Source: the human T2T-CHM13v2.0 reference genome, Homo sapiens. From it: DNA of 64,000 nt. This document shows positions 28,884-42,539 of the stretch, piece by piece. The notes under the pieces are model-generated. The model was not told the origin of the DNA and ran no database searches. It worked only from the letters and a program-made list of their open reading frames with translations. Each line of letters begins with the position of its first letter. Position 1 is the stretch's first letter. Where the stretch lies: assembly GCF_009914755.1 (NCBI RefSeq), contig NC_060939.1; one strand, 5' to 3'. The position numbers and the translations under genes are program-made.

Positions 28884-30769
28884 TAAGATTTTGGCTCTCT
28901 TTTGCTAAGGTCGATATAATTTTATTAGTGATCTGGTTGCTCCCAAAATATCTCTTGGGTTGTATTAACTGAGGAAGAAAGGAAGTAGTTTTTTTTTCTT
29001 GTTTTCCTTGTTTTGTTACTTGATATGCCCAAGTGGTGTTGAGTTCATTGAGGTAATTTGAGGTACACAGGGGCTGTGACAGTATCCACCCTCACTGCAG
29101 CTGAGATGGTAGCGGGGGTGGAGAGTGGGATTGGCCAAGGCAAATACAGAAGCCCAGAGCTCCAGTTCCATGATGTAAATCTTGTACCAAATTTCAATGA
29201 GCATTATTTTCTACATGGGGAAATGAAATGATGGAGTGTTTAAAACCTAGAACAGCACTGGGTAGATGGCATAACTTTTTTTTTTTGTTTGGTGTGAAAT
29301 GTTAGGTTATTTCAACTGCAAGGTGAATCGGAAAGTCTTGGTAGGAATGTAGCTTCCCCCACGCCACTTGGAAAGGAGTGTGGGATTTGTTTGCCAAAGG
29401 CCCTGGTAGCCTTCAATCTGTCAAAACGTTGCAAGCTGGGAGCGGTTTGCCAAAGCAAACTATCAAAGTGAAATAACACACGAGTTGCACACACAGAGAC
29501 ACATGCATGCTCTCTCATTCTCCAAACATTAATTTTGAATTGGGTCAGGAGGAACAAGGATTTGGGCTAGATTGTTGGTGTTTTGAAAAGAGGTGGGCAC
29601 AGCTACAGATACCAATTAGCTAAGTATGCGCAAGCAGGGTGAGGTATCCTAAAACAGAGTGTGCTGAGCAGGGGTGGGAAACTTTCAGCCCTTGGCAGAG
29701 TTTCCTCTGGCCCCTGGGGTTATATATTGCTGTGCCTGCTGTTATTGTAGCCCAAAGAATAATTGCCCCTCTGGGGGAATTTATTCTATTCCATTCAGAG
29801 CAGAGACCATTTAATATCTCAGAGTTTACTCCAGAATGAATTTTGTTGGGTACCCCTATGCATTTTAGCTTCAATAGGGCCCAGTAAATGAAGAGAAGAA
29901 GCATTTGAACATCTAAATGTAATTTGTGTTGCACTTTTGTAACAAGAGGCACCAGCAAACATTTTGCTGCCATATCTTGTGATCTTCTAAGGATGGTTTT
30001 TTGGAGAGGGGTAACATAGAAATTCAAAAGCAGAACTGATTTTTATAAATCCCTCATAAAAGAAAATTTTAAAAGCTCCCGAAGTGGCTTTGGACATTTT
30101 CAAATATGTTAATTCACAGTATTTTCACTTAATCTTGAAATTTCAGGGGTCACCAAGATGGTGAAGCATCATTCTTTAATTCAGTGAATTAAGCTCCTAC
30201 TATATAGCAGCCACTGTGCTAGGTGCTGGGGAATAAAGTAGTGACAAAACAAACTCCCTGATCTCATGGAGCTTACATTCCATTGGATAGAGAGAGAAAT
30301 TTAAATAAAGACATAGTATGTGAGACGGTAAATGCTATGGAGAAAAGGGCTGGGCTGGGAGAGGGACCACTGTTTTTTGTAGGGTCAAGGAAGCCCTGTG
30401 AAGACAAGATCCTCTGGGCAGAGACCTTAAGAAGTGAGGGAACGAGTAGAATTGACCAGGCAACCTGGAATGCAGTTCCTCGGAGTCAGAGGAAAACCTA
30501 GATGTGATCTCACTCCCTTTCCTGCCCCAAGTCCCCCTGAATGCTATGAAAGTGCAATCTCAGATCAGTGATTATCCAAAACTGCTCCTTACAAATATGT
30601 GGCTACTGTGTGTGCCAAGAGCTTTGAGGCACTGAGGTGTAACATGTTTATGGAGCTGCAGCTTTTTTTTTTTTTAACAAAACCACACCAATCTGGTTTT
30701 CTTTTTAAATGAGTAAGCAGTGCCAGAATGTGTTACAAATGATTCACATTTTTAGGCCTGGGTGCAAGA

Positions 30770-30900
30770 AAGCACATTAACTCATTTGAGGTAGGAGGAC
30801 AGGTTATACAATTCCCATTTTACAGATGAGGAAACTGAGGCACAGAGAGACGGTGATTTGCCCAAGGTCATGCAACCATGGAGCATGGACTTGTGAGTTG
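30770..30900 (-). mobile_element. MIR
   Basis: cccattttacagatgaggaaactgaggcacagaga core. Confidence 0.75.
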
Positions 30901-31129
30901 TGATGCACATGTTCTTGATTTAGAGGTCAAATTGGATCCAGCAGGGATACAGCTAGAAGATTACTGTCCTTTTGCCACCACTGTCTGGGAACCCGCTGTC
31001 TCTAATTCTCCTGCCCTATTGCTGGAAGACATCTTGGGCAATATTTCCAGTACATTCTGTGTGTAATGAACAGGCTCATTTTCAAGTATTAAAAAGTCCA
31101 AAGGAAGTTGTGTGTGATGGGAGTGAGAA

Positions 31130-31295
31130 GGTGAATCATTTTCGAAGTTATCCAGGACATCAGTAGCATCACCATCTAGACCTGTACCATTAGCTTCCTG
31201 TGTCTTGAATAGCACAGATCTGTGTATCTGCACTGGACAGTACCGACAGAGAATGTTTCCGTCATCATAGAAAACTCTATTGGACAGTGCTGCTC
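31130..31295 (-). mobile_element. MER3/MER33-like hAT-Charlie fragment
   Basis: tttccgtcatcatagaaaactctattggacagtgctg terminus. Confidence 0.55.
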
Positions 31296-31410
31296 TAGAT
31301 CCTCAGCAAGTTATAATTCAACTCTTTTATTCTTCTCCCCACTAATTTCATATTATTGTCCCGAATACACCCCTTGTTTGGAAGAATGTTGTTACAAATA
31401 CAGTATATTA

Positions 31411-31729
<319 letters not shown>

Positions 31730-34145
31730 AAAAGGAAAGTCTAGTCAGATGTAAACATTTTGATCTCTCATCCAGTTAAAAGCTTCTTTTCTCCTCTAAG
31801 CTGGGCCTGTTGTAGCCTCAGACCCCTGTAGTAGGGAAGAGGCGGCTTGGTTGGTTCCTTCACACTCCTAGTTCCCTGCCCGGCCCACTCACTGCCATTG
31901 TGAATTCCTCCAGGGTGAAGCAGAGGAGAGGAGAGGTAACTGGCAAAGACGTTCCCAGCGGGACTGGTGTTCCTTGTAATCTGGTGCTGCTGTCCTTGGT
32001 TGGCAGATGTCCAAGTTCCAGATTCTCCTCTCTCAGGGCACTTTGGAGAATTTCCCCCTCACTGGGCTCTCCTGCTGCGCCATGCCCTGGTGCAGGCTGT
32101 GCAAATCTGGCTGACTCCTTAAGATCCACCTCCGCACCCCCAGCTCCCGTACTCCATGGGTATAAGCTGTACATTTACTTTCTAGGAGGGGGGTCACCTC
32201 ATTCTGGTGAAAATCTTTGGTGGAGTCCTTTCCAGATAACCTAAGTTCCATGTCTTTCCATGGTGCTAAAACATAACATCTCCTGCCCCTCCAGGCTCTA
32301 AAAATACAGACTGTTCCCACCCTAGCCCTCTCTCCAGTCTTCCCTCCTGGATACTCCAGCTAGGGTTTGGCCTTTAGATGTTTTTCAGAGGAGAATCAGG
32401 CACCAATCCTTGTACCCCCAGATACCAGGGCATCCGGATCAAGCTCTGAATGTTGTCCCTCTTGCTTGGCTTGGGGGAGAGTTCCTACTTTTCCTTCCCC
32501 ATAGGGGAGTGGAGGGGCTGTATGCAGCACTCCTACATCCATCTTCAGGGAAATTCACACCTAGCAAACTCCATCCTCCAGCCTCCTTGTGCATACAGGT
32601 GGGAGGTGAGTGAGGGATGGCGCGCACCCGCTTTGTAGTTTCTGAACAGACAGGGCAGCCCCTCTCTTTGGAATGTGTGCATACTTAGTATCCATGTTCT
32701 CAGCTCTGGATCCTCAGCTGCAACTCCATGACAACAGCAAGAAGGATGCCTGCAACACCATATTACAGAGACCATCTTCCCTGCTTCTCACCACATTGCA
32801 CAGTCTCTAGCCAGTCTGTCCATGTCTGTTCTGTGTGATCTCCTGGGTCACTTACATACAAAACAGGAGCTGGGGTGGAATTTTGGATTCTTAGAAATGG
32901 TGGAAGCTTTATCTAACTCCACAAGACCTAACCCCCGGCTTCGGGCAGGTTTTCCTCATCTCCACCCTGACGTGATGGTTTTTCTTGGTTCGGGGCAGTG
33001 TTTCACATCTCTCAGTTGTGTTGGAAGCCTCAAAAAGGTTGGGAACCACTATATTATTTAACTTAGGTTAAATACGATTTGACAAATGGTCAAAAGATGT
33101 AGTGGCCTTATTGCAGGGATGCTTAAAATAATGACATTGATGATTTGAAATCATGAGACTTTGGGCATTTAAATTAATTGACAATACTTGTCTCACCTTT
33201 GGTCCGAGGTTACATTTCCAATCACATTCAGCGGGACTTGGGGCAGGAGAGGGAGTGAAAGATCTAGGTTTTCCTCTGACTCAGAGGAGCTGCATTCCAG
33301 GTTTCCTGGTCAGCTCTACTCCTTCCCTCACCTTCTTAACTTACTAACCATGCCAGGTGTTTTACCTCTGTCATATTCAGTGATCCTCACAGAAGGTGAG
33401 AATGTTTGAGGCATGGAAATGCTAACGTGGAAATGTGACCCAGGATCACCCAGATGGGAATGATGGAGCTGCGATTCTAGCCTGGCTCCATGCCCTCTCC
33501 AGCACACCCTGCTGTCTCAGCCGGCTCCTATTTCCCCACCTCCTCTTTATTTGATGACATTCTCTAATCAGGGCTGGTGACAGTGAGGCTTAGCACAGCT
33601 AATCCCACCCATGGAGAACATATGTGACATCAAAAGGCTGGAAAGAGGCAGAGGAATGGTTCCCAGGAAAGCATGAGCTGTAAGGAGAGGAACTTCCCTG
33701 GCAGGCTCAAAGCCCATGCTTTTCCCTGACCTTACCACCCGTGAAGGACCGCATGTGGGCTACACTAGCACTCCCTCTGCCAGGCACGGTGCATCCTCTT
33801 ACTCAGTTCTCCCCTAAACCTCTAAGCCAGTTCCCGTTGTCATCCCCGTTTTTCAGGGGAGGAGACTGAGACTTAGAGAGGTTAAAGCTCTGATCTAGAA
33901 CCCCTGCGGGTAAGCAGGAAGGCTGGGATGTGATCCCACATCTGCCCCATGCCATGCCTTGCCACAGCACCATGCTGCCTCCCTCCTTTGGGGCCAACAC
34001 TTTGTGTCTTCACTGGGTCACATCCCAGGGCCTGGGTTGGGCTGTTCCCCCCCCATCCACTGATGAGATGGCGATGCTGCCTTCCCTGGGTGCTGCTGCC
34101 TGGAACATACTCACCATCCTGCCTGTTGCTATTTTCCCTTTTCAG

Positions 34146-34215
34146 TGTCCTGTGTTTCCTTCTGCTGCTTGGATTCCAGTTCGTCTGCCCACAGCCCTCC
34201 ACTCAACACAGGAAG
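34146..34215 (+). CDS. THSD4: THSD4 second coding exon (S)VLCFLLLLGFQFVCPQPSTQHRK, signal peptide core
   Basis: Acceptor attttccctttttcAG at 34144-34145; donor AAG|GTAAGC at 34216; 29+70 = 99 nt = 33 codons; hydrophobic h-region. Confidence 0.95.
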
Positions 34216-34352
34216 GTAAGCCATGGCCATCCAGAGGTTTTCTTCTCTGCCCAAGGGGCTAGGGCCACTGTGGTCACTGCCCTGAACTTTGTTCTGTTTG
34301 AAGGTGAGTCACCACTGATCCTGAAAGGAAGCACCATTTACAGAATATGGAG

Positions 34353-34765
34353 TGTACTATTCTGTTCTCACATTGCTATAAAGAAATATCTGAAACTGGG
34401 GAATTTATAAAGAGGTTTTATTGGCCCACAGTTCTGCAGGCTGTACAGGAAGCATGATGCTGGTCATCTGCGTGGCTTCTGTGGAGGCCTCAGGAAACTT
34501 ACAATTATGGCGGAAGACAAAGGGGGAACAGCACTTCACATGGCTGGAGAAGAAGCAAGAGAGAGAACGGGGAGGTGCCATACACTTTTAAACAACCAGA
34601 TCTCATGAGAACTCTTTATTGCCATGACTGCACCAAGGGGGATAGTGTTAAACCATGAGGAACTATCCCTATGATCCAATCACCTTCCACCAGGCCCCGC
34701 CTCCAATATTGGAGATTACAATTCGACATGAGATTTGGGTGGGGACACAGATCTGAACCATGTCA
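34353..34765 (-). mobile_element. MSTA-like MaLR solo LTR
   Basis: TG...CA ends; TSD TGGAG/CGGAG; starts 137 nt after the THSD4 donor. Confidence 0.88.
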
Positions 34766-35543
34766 CGGAGCTTAAAACATGAAGCTGGTACCTGCAGTTG
34801 GTCTCTGATCTGAGAGCAGTGCCAGCTTTGCAACATGTGTTTGCTAGAATGGACAGTTGAGAGGTCAGTGAGAGCACTCTACAAAGGCATGGGCAGGGCT
34901 TAAGGAACCCACTTGGGAATGGAGGAGACCAGTATGGAGCTTTTACCCTCTCTTGGGGCACCTTCAAGGTCAAGGGCAGGGATAGAGCTGCAGCTGTAGC
35001 TATGGCTGTTGCTATGCAAGAGAACCCCCTGATAGGGAGTCATGATCTTCAGTAGAGGGACGCAGTCACTGCCAACTGATGGCCGGCAGGGATGGAACTG
35101 GAAGATAAGAACCTGGCCTTCTCTTTCCTCTCACCCCTTATTTCCTGCTGGTGACTCCCTTTGGCCAAACCAACCAGAAGACAAGAAGGCTTTGATGCAG
35201 TCCCCAAAGGCCAGCCTCCCGGGCCATAGGACTGGGTGGAGAAGGAGCAAATGGACAGTATTGCATATGCTTCCCTTCAGGCTTTGTGTGTTTTATAGTA
35301 AATGAACCATCCACCATTGCCTGAACAAGCCTAATGCTGCTCTGCAACTGAGCAGATCCTTGATCAATGTTTCCTTAGAGACAATGCATGATAGGACTCT
35401 TAGAAAGTCCCTAGAAGCCCTTTCTGCTACCTAGGAGCTCCTCCTGTTTACCTGGAATCAAATTCAGACTCCTGAGAAGAGATCAGTTATTTGTATCTAA
35501 GTGTGAGCAAGTTGGTCGGCTCCTTTTCTGAGAGGGGGTTTTC

Positions 35544-35846
<303 letters not shown>

Positions 35847-37429
35847 TGAGAGAGGGTTTTCATAGGGGAAATTCAGGACAGAAGGGGGCCAAGAAAAAAG
35901 AGTATGTGCACATATTTGGCTAAACATGACCCTTCTTGGGAGCAGTTCTTTGCGTTCTTATCTGATTATAGTCTAATTTATTTTCTGTTTGGGCTCTGTT
36001 TTTCTGGGCCAGGTATAAACCTCTATTGTACTGTATCTCCCACTAGGATGTCAACTCCGTGAAAGTAGGAACTTACTGGTCTTGTTCATGGCCCTATTCC
36101 CAGCTCCTAGAATACAGCCTGGCATGTTGTAGGTGCTCAATAAAATCCTTGTTGAATGACTGACTGAATGGAAAACCTGGCCAAGGTCTAAGCATCATTT
36201 CAATGGATTCACCTGGAAATTGGCACCCCCCTCCCCTGCTTACTCTGCTGCATCATCTCTATTCATAATATCAGGAGTCAGAAAGGACAACTGCCTACTT
36301 TTATTATGAAGTTATATTATTTATTAATGTTTAGAATTATCAGGGTTGTTAATCCTAAGAGTTGAGTCAATTTACTGTGTTCCTCTTGTTGTTGTTGCTC
36401 AAATAGGCTATCATAACGGAAAATACTTTATACGTGATCAATTTACTTTGCTGTCTCCTGTAATTTTTCAAGTTAAGCTGAATGATATGTGCGTAACCTG
36501 AACAAAAGGTCCCCAAATAGGTATCACTCTCATCTTTCTTCAAGTGTTTGCTCTGAGAGATGGGGAAAAAAAGATTTATGAGTTATTTTATCATTAAAAT
36601 TTTTAAATTGACACATAGTAATTATACATATTTATGCATACAATTTGGTGGTATTTTAATACATATGTATTATATAATGATCAAATCAGGGTATTTAGCA
36701 TTCTAGTCACCTCATGCATTTATCATTTTTTTTTGTGGTGAGAACATTCAAAAGCCTCTCTTCTAGCTATTTTGTCATATATAATACCTTACTGTTAACC
36801 ATCATCAACCTACTGGGTAATAGAACACCAGAACTTATTCCCCCTATCTATGGTAACTTTGTACCCATTGACCAACCTCTGCCCACTCTCCCCTCTTTTC
36901 TTTCCCCTCTTCTCCTCAGTCTCTGGTAACCTCTGTTCTCCTTTCTGCTTCTATATCAACTCTTTTTTTTTTTTTTTTTTTTCAGATTCCACATATGAGT
37001 GAGATCTGTGGTATTTGTCTTTCTGTGTCGGCTTATTTCACTTTAAACATAATAACCTCCAGGTCCATCCATGTTGTCACAAATGACAAGATTTCATTCT
37101 TTTTAATGGACAAATAGTATTTCCATTGTGTATATATACACCACATTTTCTTTTCTGTTCATTTGTTGTTGGACAGTTGGGCTGAATACATACCTTGGTT
37201 ACTGTGAATAGTGCTGCAGTAAACATAGGGGCACAGATGTTTCTTGAACATTCTGATTTCATTTCCTTTGGATATATATGCAATTGTGGGATTGTTGGAT
37301 CCTATGGTGGTTCTATTTTTAGTTTATTAAGGAGGCTCCTACTGTTGTTCATGGTGGCTGTACTAATTTACAGTCCTACCCACAGTACGTAAGTGTTCAT
37401 TTTCTTCCACATCCTTACCAACACTTATC

Positions 37430-37733
<304 letters not shown>

Positions 37734-40700
37734 AACACTTGTTTTCTTTTGTCATTTTGATGATAGCTGTTCTAACTGGAGGGAGGTGGTATCTCACTGT
37801 GGTTTTGGTTTGCATTTCCCTGATGATCAGTGATGTTGAGCATTTCAAAATATATTTTTTGGCCATTTGTATGTTTTCTTTTGATAAATGTCTATTCAGA
37901 TCATTTGCCTATTTAATCAGATTGTTGAGTTGGTTTTTTTTTTTTGATGTTGAGTTATTTAAGTTCCTTACATATTCTGGATATTAGCCCCTTGTCAGAT
38001 GTATAGTTGCAAATATTTTCTCCCATTCTGTATGTTGTCTTTTCAGTTTATTGTGGAAATTTACACCCCCTCACTTCACTGTTTCCATTGCTGTGCAGAA
38101 GCAAAGTTTGATGTCATTCCATTTGTTTATCTTTGCTTTTGTTTCCTGTGCTTTTGAGATCTTATTTCTAAAATCTTTGCCCAGCCCAGTGTGCTTTATG
38201 ACACTGAATAAAACCTTATGTTTTGTTTTAGTAGTTTCATAATTTTGGGTTTTATGTTTGAATCTTTAATCCATTTTCAGTTGATTTTAGTAGGTAGGGG
38301 TCTAGTCTCTTCTTCTCAGTTGGATATCTAGTTTTCCCAGCATTATTTATTGAAGAGATTGTCTTTTCCTCAATATGTGTTCCTGGCATCTTTGTTGAAA
38401 ATCAGATGATGTTTGAATTTATTTCTGGGCTCTCTATTCTGTTCCATTGGCCTATATGTCTGCTTTATGCCAGTACCATGCTGCTTTGGTTACTATAGAT
38501 GTGTAGTATATTTTGAAGTCAGGTTGTGTGATGCTTCCAGTTTTGTTCTTTTTGCTCAGGATTACTGTGCCTATTTGGGGTCTTTTGTGGTTCCATATGA
38601 ATTTTAGGATTATTTTTTCAATTTCTGTGACTAATGTCATTATTATTTTGATAAGAACTGCATTAAATCTGTAAATTGCTTTGGCTTGTATGGCCATTTT
38701 AACAACATTAATTCCTCCAATCTATGAACATGGGTTATTATCCTATTGTTTTTAAAGTTTTCATTGTAGAGCTCTTTCACCTCCTTACTTAAGTTTATTC
38801 CTAGGTATCTTATTTTTGTTTGTGTGTACCATTGTTAATGTAATTATTTTCTTGATTTCTTTTTCAGATAGTTTGCAATTAACATATAGAAATGCTACTG
38901 ATTTTTGAATTTTGATTTTTTGTGTCCTCTGAGAAGAATTTGTTTATTAGTTCTAAGAGTTTTTTGGTAGAGTCTTTAGGGTTTTCTGTATATAAGATTG
39001 TGTCATTGCATACAGGGACAATATGATTTCCTTCTTTCCAATTTGGATGCCCTTTATTTTTTTCTCTTGCCTAATTGCTCTGGCTAGGAATTCCTATGTT
39101 GATTTGGGTGGTGAAAGTGGGCATCCTTACCTTGTTCCTGTTCTTAGAGGAAAAGGTGAAAGCTTTGCTCAGTATAATGTTAATATAATTTATACTATTC
39201 TGTATACATTATCCAGTATAATGTTAGCTGTGACTTTGTCATATACGACCTTTATTGTGTTATGGTACATACCTTCTATACTTAATTTGTTGACAGTTAT
39301 TATCATGAAGGAATGTTGAATTTTGTCATTTGCTTTTTCTGCATCTTTTGAAATGATCATATGGTTTTTGTCTTTCTTTTTGTTCATGTGGTGTGTCACA
39401 TGTATTGATTTACATATGTTGAATCATCCTTCCATCCCTGGGATGAATCCCACTTGATATTAGTGAATAATATTTATAATATGCTACTGAATTCAGTTTG
39501 CGTCTTGTTGAGAATTTTTGCATCTATGTTCATCAGGAATATTGGCCCATAGTTTTCTTTTTTTTGTTGTATCCTTGTCTGGTTTTGGAATCAGGATAAT
39601 GCTGGTCTTATAAAATGAGTTTTGAAGTGTTTCCCCTTCCTCAATTTTCTGGAATAGTTTGAAGAGAATTGGTATTGAGTCTTCTTTAAATTGTTTGTAG
39701 AATACAGCAGTGAAGCTATCTGGTCCTGGGTTTTATTTTGATTAAAGACTTTTTGTTACTGATTCAACTTCCTTATATGCTATTGATCTCTTCAGGTTTC
39801 CTGTCTTTTCATAATTTAATCTTGGTAGGTTGTATACATCCAGGAATTTATCCATTTATTCTGTGTTTTTAAATTTATTGGTGTATAGTTGTTCATAATA
39901 GTGTCTTTCTGTGTTATCAGTTGTCATGTCTCCTTTTTCATACCTGATTTTATTTATTTGAGTCTTTTCTCTTTTTTTTCTTAGTGTACCTAAGGTTTGT
40001 CAATTTTGTTCACCTTTTCAAAACACAAACTGTTTATTTTGTTGATCTTAAAATTTTTTTTTTTTTAGTATCTTTTGTTCATTTCTGCTCTGAGCTTTAT
40101 TATTTCCTTCCTTCTAGCAATTTTGGGTTTAGTTTGTTCTTGAGGTTCATGGTTAAATTATTTATTAGAAATATTTCTTGATTTTTGAGGTAGGAGTCAC
40201 AGGAGGTAATGGAGAAAAGCACCAAAAAACCTATTAACTATTCTTGCTTGTCTCAAGGAAATTAAAATTTCCCTTTTAATTTCTTCATCAACCTACTGGT
40301 TGTTTAGAAGCATCTTGTTTAATGTTCATGTATCTGTAAGGTTTTCAAAGTTTTTCTTGTTGGTTTCTAGTTTTACACCATTGTGGAATGAAAAGATACA
40401 TGTTACATTATCTTTTTAAATTTGTTAAGACTTGTTTTGTGGCCTGACGTGTGATCTAACCTGGGGAATGTTCCATGTGCAATTGAGAAGAATGTGTATT
40501 CTGCATCTCTTGGATGGAATGTTCTGTAATTATTTGTTAGGTCCATTTGGTCTATGGTGCAGTGTAAGTCCAGCTTTTCTTTGTTGATTGTCTGTCTAGG
40601 TGATCTGTCTGTTGTTGAAAGTGGGGTGTTGAAGCCCCCTTCTACTATTGTATTGCAGTCTATCTCTAATATTGATACAATAATATTTGCTTTATATATT

Positions 40701-42539
40701 TAGATGCTCCAGTGTTGGGTGCATACGTATTTATAATGATTATATCCTCTTATTGAAGTGACCCCTCTTTCACTATATAATGACCTTCTTTTTACAGTTT
40801 TGGATTTAAAGTCTATTTCATCTCATGTAAGAATGGCTGCTCCTGCTTGCCTTTGGTTTCTGTTTGCATGGAATATGTTTTTCTACCTCTTCACTTTCAG
40901 TCTGTGTTTGTCTTTAATGGCGAGGTGAGTTTCTTTTAGGCACCATATAGTTGGATCTTGTTTTTTTTTAATCCATTCAGTTACTCTATTTTTTTTAAAT
41001 TAGAGCATTTAATCCATTTACATTCAAGGTTGTTATTGATAGGTAAGGTTTTCTGTCATTTTGTTGTTTCCTGGTTATTTTGAAGATCCTTTGTTTCTTT
41101 CTTCCTTGCTTGTTTACATGTGTGGTTTAGTGGTTTTCTGTGGTGTTAAGCTTTGTTTCTTTTCTCATGTTTATTTGTGTATCTGTTGTAATTTCTTTCT
41201 TTGTGGTTACCATGGGGATAGCATAAATAGTCTTAGTTATAATAGACTATTTCAAGCTGAAAACAACTTAACTTTAGTTGCATTAAAGTACTTTACATTT
41301 TTCTTTCACCCCCCAATTTGTGTTTTGGTTGCCTTAATTTACATCTGCATCTTTTGTATGTTCCTCAGCCACTAATTGTAGTTGTTTATGTTTTTGACTT
41401 TTTTTGGCTTTAAACCTTCATACTAGAGAATTGAAAGATTTACATAACACCATTACAGCACTAGGGTATTCAGAGTATGACTATGGATTTACCCAGACTG
41501 GTTTTGTATTTTCACATGTTTTCATGATGGTAATTATTGTCTTTCTGTTTCCAGCTATAGCAATTCTATAAGGATTTCTTGTAAGGCCAGTATAGTAGTG
41601 ATGAATTCTCTCAGTTTTTGCTTGTCTGGGAAGGTCTTTATTTCCTCTTCATTTCTGAAAAACAGCTTTGCTGGAAATAGTATTCTTACTTGGTTGACAG
41701 CTTTTTCTTCTTTCAACACTTTGAATATGTCATCTCATTCTCTCCTGGCCTGAAAGGTTTCTGCTAAAAAAAAAATCTGCTGGTAGTCTAACGGAGATAC
41801 TCTTGTATGTAACTTGATGTTTTTCTCTTGAAGGTTTTAGAATTCTGTCTTTGACTTTTGGCAGTTTGTTTATAATGTGCCCCAGAGAGGTTTTTTGGGG
41901 GTTGTATCTCACTGAAGACCTTTGACCTTCCTGAATGTGGATGTCTGTATCTCTCCCAAGACTTAGAAAATATTGTTGTTGTCGTTAAATAGATTTCCTG
42001 TGCCTTTCTCCATTTCTTCTCCTTCTGAAGTCCTATAATGCAAATATTTGTTCCCTTAATGGTGTCCCATAAGTCCCATGTGCTTTCTTTGTTCTTTTTA
42101 ATTCTTATTTCTTTTTTTCCTTCTGACTGGGTTATTTCAAAAGGCTTGCCTTCAAGTTCAGAAATTCTTTCTTCTGCTTGATCTGGTCTGTTGTTGAAGC
42201 TCTTAATTGTATGTTTTAATTCATTCATTAAATTCATTAGCTCTAAGATTTATTTGGTTCTTTTTTGTATATCTGTCTCTTTATTGAATTTCTAATTCGG
42301 CTCACGAATTGTTTTCCTGATTTCATTGACTTGTTTGTCTGTGTTCTTTTATATCTTACTGAATTTCCTTAAAATCATTATTATGAATTGCTTTTTGGGC
42401 ATTTCATAAATAGCCTTTTCTTTGGGGTCAGTTAATGAAGACTTATTATGCTCCTTTAGGGGTATAATATTTCCTTGCTTTTTCATGTTTCTTGTGTCCC
42501 TGTGTTGATGTCTGTGCATCTAGTAAAACAGTCATTTTT

